DNA of 63,147 nt, counting the filler, from Globobulimina sp. (taxonomy: Eukaryota): assembly GCA_003354225.1 (NCBI GenBank). It is 54 parts of 54 records of this genome, joined end to end, with 100 filler letters (N's around TTAATTAATTAA, not from the genome) between each part and the next. Parts side by side here need not be neighbours in the genome. Positions count along the whole stretch, not along the records: positions 59,738 to 60,807 come from PIVH01024323.1; positions 60,908 to 61,977 come from PIVH01024324.1; positions 62,078 to 63,147 come from PIVH01024325.1; 51 more parts are not named here. The stretch is one strand, 5' to 3'. Position 1 is the stretch's first letter; every line of letters begins with the position of its first letter. The notes beneath the pieces are model-generated. The model did not search any database. It was not told the DNA's origin and saw nothing but the letters and a program-made list of their open reading frames with translations. The translations under genes were made by a program, and so were the position numbers. Of the stretch, positions 59,841 through 63,147 are shown one piece after another.

Positions 59841-60278
59841 GTGGAAATGGACACTCCAAACATAAGACGTCAAATGCAAAAAAATATTATCGAAAACTGT
59901 TTTACTAATAAAAATTCCGATTCATTGATTTCTGTTGCTACAAAAGTTTCAAAAATGAAAATTGTTAAAACTTTTTTTAATGGAATTAAATCTATTAACT
60001 TAGATGTTCTTTCCACGGATGATATTGAAAGTATGATTGGAAATAAATCGGAATGGATGTTTGATGAAGAAATAGTAATGAAAAACATTGAGCAAACATT
60101 TCCCGGGTGGAATAAAGATAGAGTGTATGAAGAAGTGGACAGACTTGAAGAAATGTATGAAAAAGAATGTGAAAAACGAATTGATGTGATAAGAAAAACA
60201 ATTATCAAGAATTGTAAAAGCATTATTAAAGAATTAGAAGAAGATATCCGTTTGATTAAAGAAAAATATTTTGAATAA
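59841..60278 (+). CDS. Hypothetical coiled-coil protein (bacterial contig)
   Basis: AGAGG upstream of the start; complete 145-aa ORF. Confidence 0.6.
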   Translation: MEMDTPNIRRQMQKNIIENCFTNKNSDSLISVATKVSKMKIVKTFFNGIKSINLDVLSTDDIESMIGNKSEWMFDEEIVMKNIEQTFPGWNKDRVYEEVDRLEEMYEKECEKRIDVIRKTIIKNCKSIIKELEEDIRLIKEKYFE

Positions 60279-60411
60279 ATATAGACTGGCACATATTGGT
60301 TTTCACTGTGTTATCGGTTGAAATTTTCGTCATGTCAAAAAGTTACAATCAAGGACAAAAATTGGGACAGCGAAAAATGAAAATTCAAACACAACTTTTG
60401 ATTTTTTTATT

Positions 60412-60705
60412 TTGGATATATTTGATAAAGTCTGCATCGCCGGATTAGCCCAGGATCATCAAGGGGAGATGTGCTGCCTGCTATCAAAAAGAACGCTTGT
60501 GCGTCGATTAAAACAGATGTGTACGTCTTATCAGGATATCCTCAATAATGTCCGCCATGAATTGGCCATTCATTACCTGGCCACCACCAGCTGGTCATCA
60601 GAAGAAATTGCACATATGCTGGGTTACGAAAGCGCCTCCAATTTCGGGAGAGCATTTAAGAAGTGGACAGGGACATCCCCTGGCGAATACAGGAAAAAGC
60701 GTTAA
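60412..60705 (+). pseudogene. AraC-family regulator, isolated C-terminal HTH
   Basis: RTLVRRLK..TSY..IL..VR.ELA..YL..EIAHMLGYESASNFGRAFKKWTGTSPGEYR; no ligand-binding domain upstream. Confidence 0.75.
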
Positions 60706-60907
60706 ATCAGCATTAAAATTCTCGAATTGAAAAGCACGGTATATTGTAATTTTTCTGTCAAATTACAATATACAGCAAAACAACTGTCATATATGATAAT
60801 TGCAACGNNNNNNNNNNNNNNNNNNNNNNNNNNNNNNNNNNNNNNNNNNNNTTAATTAATTAANNNNNNNNNNNNNNNNNNNNNNNNNNNNNNNNNNNNN
60901 NNNNNNN

Positions 60908-61246
60908 GGCTATGTTGACACATCAACACTTAGGTCAGCATTTGTAAATTCATTTTACTTGAGAAATTGGAGATATGAAGACGTAATAATCAAGTTTGAA
61001 TGGTTTGAAAGCAATAAATACTTTTTTGAGTTGCGCTTGCTTCCTGCCCTGTTACGCAAGAGGTTCTTTGATCGAAATAAAGACGTTCATGAAGATGGCT
61101 ATTTGAAAAAGATTATAATTGAATGTTCAGAGTGTCAGAAAAAGATAAAAGTTCCTGACAGTTCTAAGAAACTAAAGGTTATATGTCCTTCTTGTAGTTT
61201 TGCTTTCTTCATGAAGGATGGAAGGGTAATTTTGGATAACATCTGA
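60908..61246 (+). CDS. Integron cassette ORF, 5'-partial, with C-terminal zinc ribbon
   Basis: CSEC...CPSC; the stop lies 9 bp before the attC. Confidence 0.7.
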   Translation, partial: GYVDTSTLRSAFVNSFYLRNWRYEDVIIKFEWFESNKYFFELRLLPALLRKRFFDRNKDVHEDGYLKKIIIECSECQKKIKVPDSSKKLKVICPSCSFAFFMKDGRVILDNI

Positions 61247-61255
61247 CTAATGAAA

Positions 61256-61387
61256 ACATATCAAGGCATTGGATCGAATGCGAGACAGCAGGCCCCTTTT
61301 TTGCCAGATTCGAGTTTGAACTTTGCAAACTGGTTTGCGGCTAGATAACAGGCATCATGTCTCACATCGATCAATTTGTCGTTCGGT
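61256..61387 (+). mobile_element. attC: Integron attC recombination site (132 bp)
   Basis: R'' ACATATC, 5-bp spacer, L'' ATTGGATC ... L' GATCAAT, 5-bp spacer, R' GTTCGGT; the left arm carries extra unpaired bases. Confidence 0.8.
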
Positions 61388-61397
61388 GAATAAATAA

Positions 61398-61977
61398 ATG
61401 ACTGAAGGTAATCCTATAATCAATCTAGGTGACATATCAAAACCAGCGACTGTATTGATTGAGAAAATATCAGATGCAATAGGTGGATATTTTAAGCCAT
61501 ATCAGATTAAGCGCGTTACTAAGGCAGAGGCCGACGCTGAAATAGTACGTGCTCAAGCACAAATTGAAGTTTCAGACCTTCAAAGACGTGCTTTAACTCG
61601 GTTTATTGCAGAAGAAGCAAAGAAACAAGAAAACATTGAGTCGATTACAAAAAAAGCTATTCCACATATTGAGGACTCTTCCAATCCTCATGACATGGAT
61701 GACGATTGGATTACCAACTTTTTTGACAAGAGTCGAATAGTATCTGACAAGGAAATGCAGACACTTTGGGCTCAAGTGTTAGCAGGTGAAGCAAACTTGC
61801 CAGGCTCATTTTCTAAACGGACAGTGAATTATTTAGGGTCGCTTGATAAGGAGGACGCGAATATTTTCACAGCATTATGTGGTTTTAGTTGGTATTTTGG
61901 CGATCGAATACCTTTGATATATGATGTGCAAGGCTCTATATACAATGAAGTCGGCATCAATTTTACAAGCTTAACAC
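61398..61977 (+). CDS. DUF2806-domain protein (integron cassette), 3'-partial
   Basis: KKQENIESI..DDDWITNFF...VSD.EMQ.LWA.VLAGE...PGSFS.RT...L..LDK.DA..F. Confidence 0.8.
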
Positions 61978-62077
61978 NNNNNNNNNNNNNNNNNNNNNNN
62001 NNNNNNNNNNNNNNNNNNNNNTTAATTAATTAANNNNNNNNNNNNNNNNNNNNNNNNNNNNNNNNNNNNNNNNNNNN

Positions 62078-62395
62078 TAACGTCTGTAATATTGATTTTT
62101 TGTACTTGTTTGAACACAATATATTGATTGCGATACCTATTACTATTCGAATGCTATGATATCCCTCGGTTGATATGACTCGAGATGCAATTGCTTCACC
62201 TTCCAGGTCCCAGCAGGTTCCACCAGAGGGACAGTATGAACTGCTGCTTGTGGATATACCTTGTCCTATATCTACAATTGTCCAATCGGATTGTCCATCA
62301 AATTTAAATTCATAGAATCGCTCCTCAGATTGAGCGTTTATTAGACTGAGTAGAATTACTAATCTGATGTACAGTCGTTGGCACCAAGACGACAT
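62078..62395 (-). CDS. Secreted or surface protein, N-terminus
   Basis: Signal peptide MSSWCQRLYIRLVILLSLINA followed by a beta-rich domain with CPSGGTC. Confidence 0.6.
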
Positions 62396-62454
62396 TATGT
62401 GTTGGAAAATAAATATATTAAAGAGGTTTTTAACTAACATCACAGAGAAAGAGA

Positions 62455-63147
62455 ATGGTACTCTTAAACTGTAAGGTTCAGTGCATATGCGCAATGATTC
62501 CTGCATTTATTTACACATTCATCTACATTCCAGTTATTATGTATTACTCTTATAAATTCTACCTAGTAAGTAATCATATAGTAGTAATCAATCGCTTTCG
62601 CCTTCATTCTCAAAGTCAAAATATAAAAAGTTATATAGTCGGAGTAGAGCAGGGATTCCGTTATCCGATGTGTTGTGTAACAGAGAAGGATTTGAACTAT
62701 CTACAGAATGTTTGCTATGTTTGGTGGAATTGATTCAATATCAACAATTTATTAAGCACTTAAATAGTAACAGTCACAGCGCAGCATTCACAATGAAACC
62801 ACAGTCATTGTTTCAATATCTTGAGTTTCCAGATTGTATTCCAAAATAGTTGATTGTGTATGAATACAATGACGGAGTGGCACAGCTACAGTTAGTTGGT
62901 GATGCAAATTGTGATGGAAATGTTATATTGCATGTATTGAAAGTGAGAGCAAATAAATTATATGAAAAATACATTAAATCGTATTGTGAGTATCAGGTGA
63001 ATCTGTCGTATCGGATAAGGTCAAGTCTGAAGCGAGTTATGTTGAAAATGAGTGGAAATAATAGTGAGATTGATATGGAGTTTTTATTGTATGTATTTGA
63101 TGATGTTTGTGATAGTTTGTACAGTTTAATGAAAGACTCTTTTAGAC
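62455..63147 (+). pseudogene. 7TM-RGS pseudogene (TM1 joined to the RGS domain; deletions, frameshift, TAG at 62847)
   Basis: GFEL-STECLLCLVELIQY, IPK*LIV, KLYEKYI..YQVNLSY and FDDVCDSLYSLMKDSFR. Confidence 0.75.

Noticed and set aside
59738-61977. Bacterial operon or horizontally acquired island in the host genome
   Set aside because: These are two separate contigs with no host sequence attached, best explained as co-sequenced bacteria.
62847-62849. TAG readthrough or alternative genetic code
   Set aside because: The same gene has deletions and a frameshift, and the other long host ORFs show no internal stops, so a pseudogene is simpler.

Overview
This is not contiguous genome. It is 54 unrelated short contigs, sorted by length (22 x 1072 bp, 23 x 1071 bp, 9 x 1070 bp) and joined by an artificial 100-bp linker (44 N + TTAATTAATTAA + 44 N), so no synteny across linkers is meaningful. 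Most contigs are AT-rich eukaryotic gene fragments with short GT-AG introns (mostly 54-107 nt). A divergent type-2 beta-tubulin points to a foraminiferan (Retaria, Rhizaria) host. Recognisable host genes include Rac GTPase, AP2 sigma, GCP4, KIFBP, SLC35B3, DHODH, RETSAT-like, SNF5, a P450, PP2A-B56, alpha-carbonic anhydrase and 7TM-RGS. Mobile DNA includes a LINE RT, a Ty3/Gypsy RT, a Merlin transposase remnant and about seven distinct MITE or fold-back elements. About four contigs look bacterial: an acyl-CoA dehydrogenase, an RHS protein, an AraC remnant and an integron cassette junction with an attC site. The most interesting signals are (1) an intron-containing RelA/SpoT-like alarmone-synthetase domain in a heterotrophic protist, (2) a divergent ADP-ribosyltransferase-fold family seen twice, (3) a recurrent F-box/SOCS-like module in three unrelated proteins, (4) a helically phased 19-bp repeat array beside the Merlin transposase, (5) a tRNA-like gene with an 8-nt anticodon loop, and (6) a 952-bp circular unit that is almost entirely one ORF. 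All family calls come from visual motif recognition; no database searches were run.
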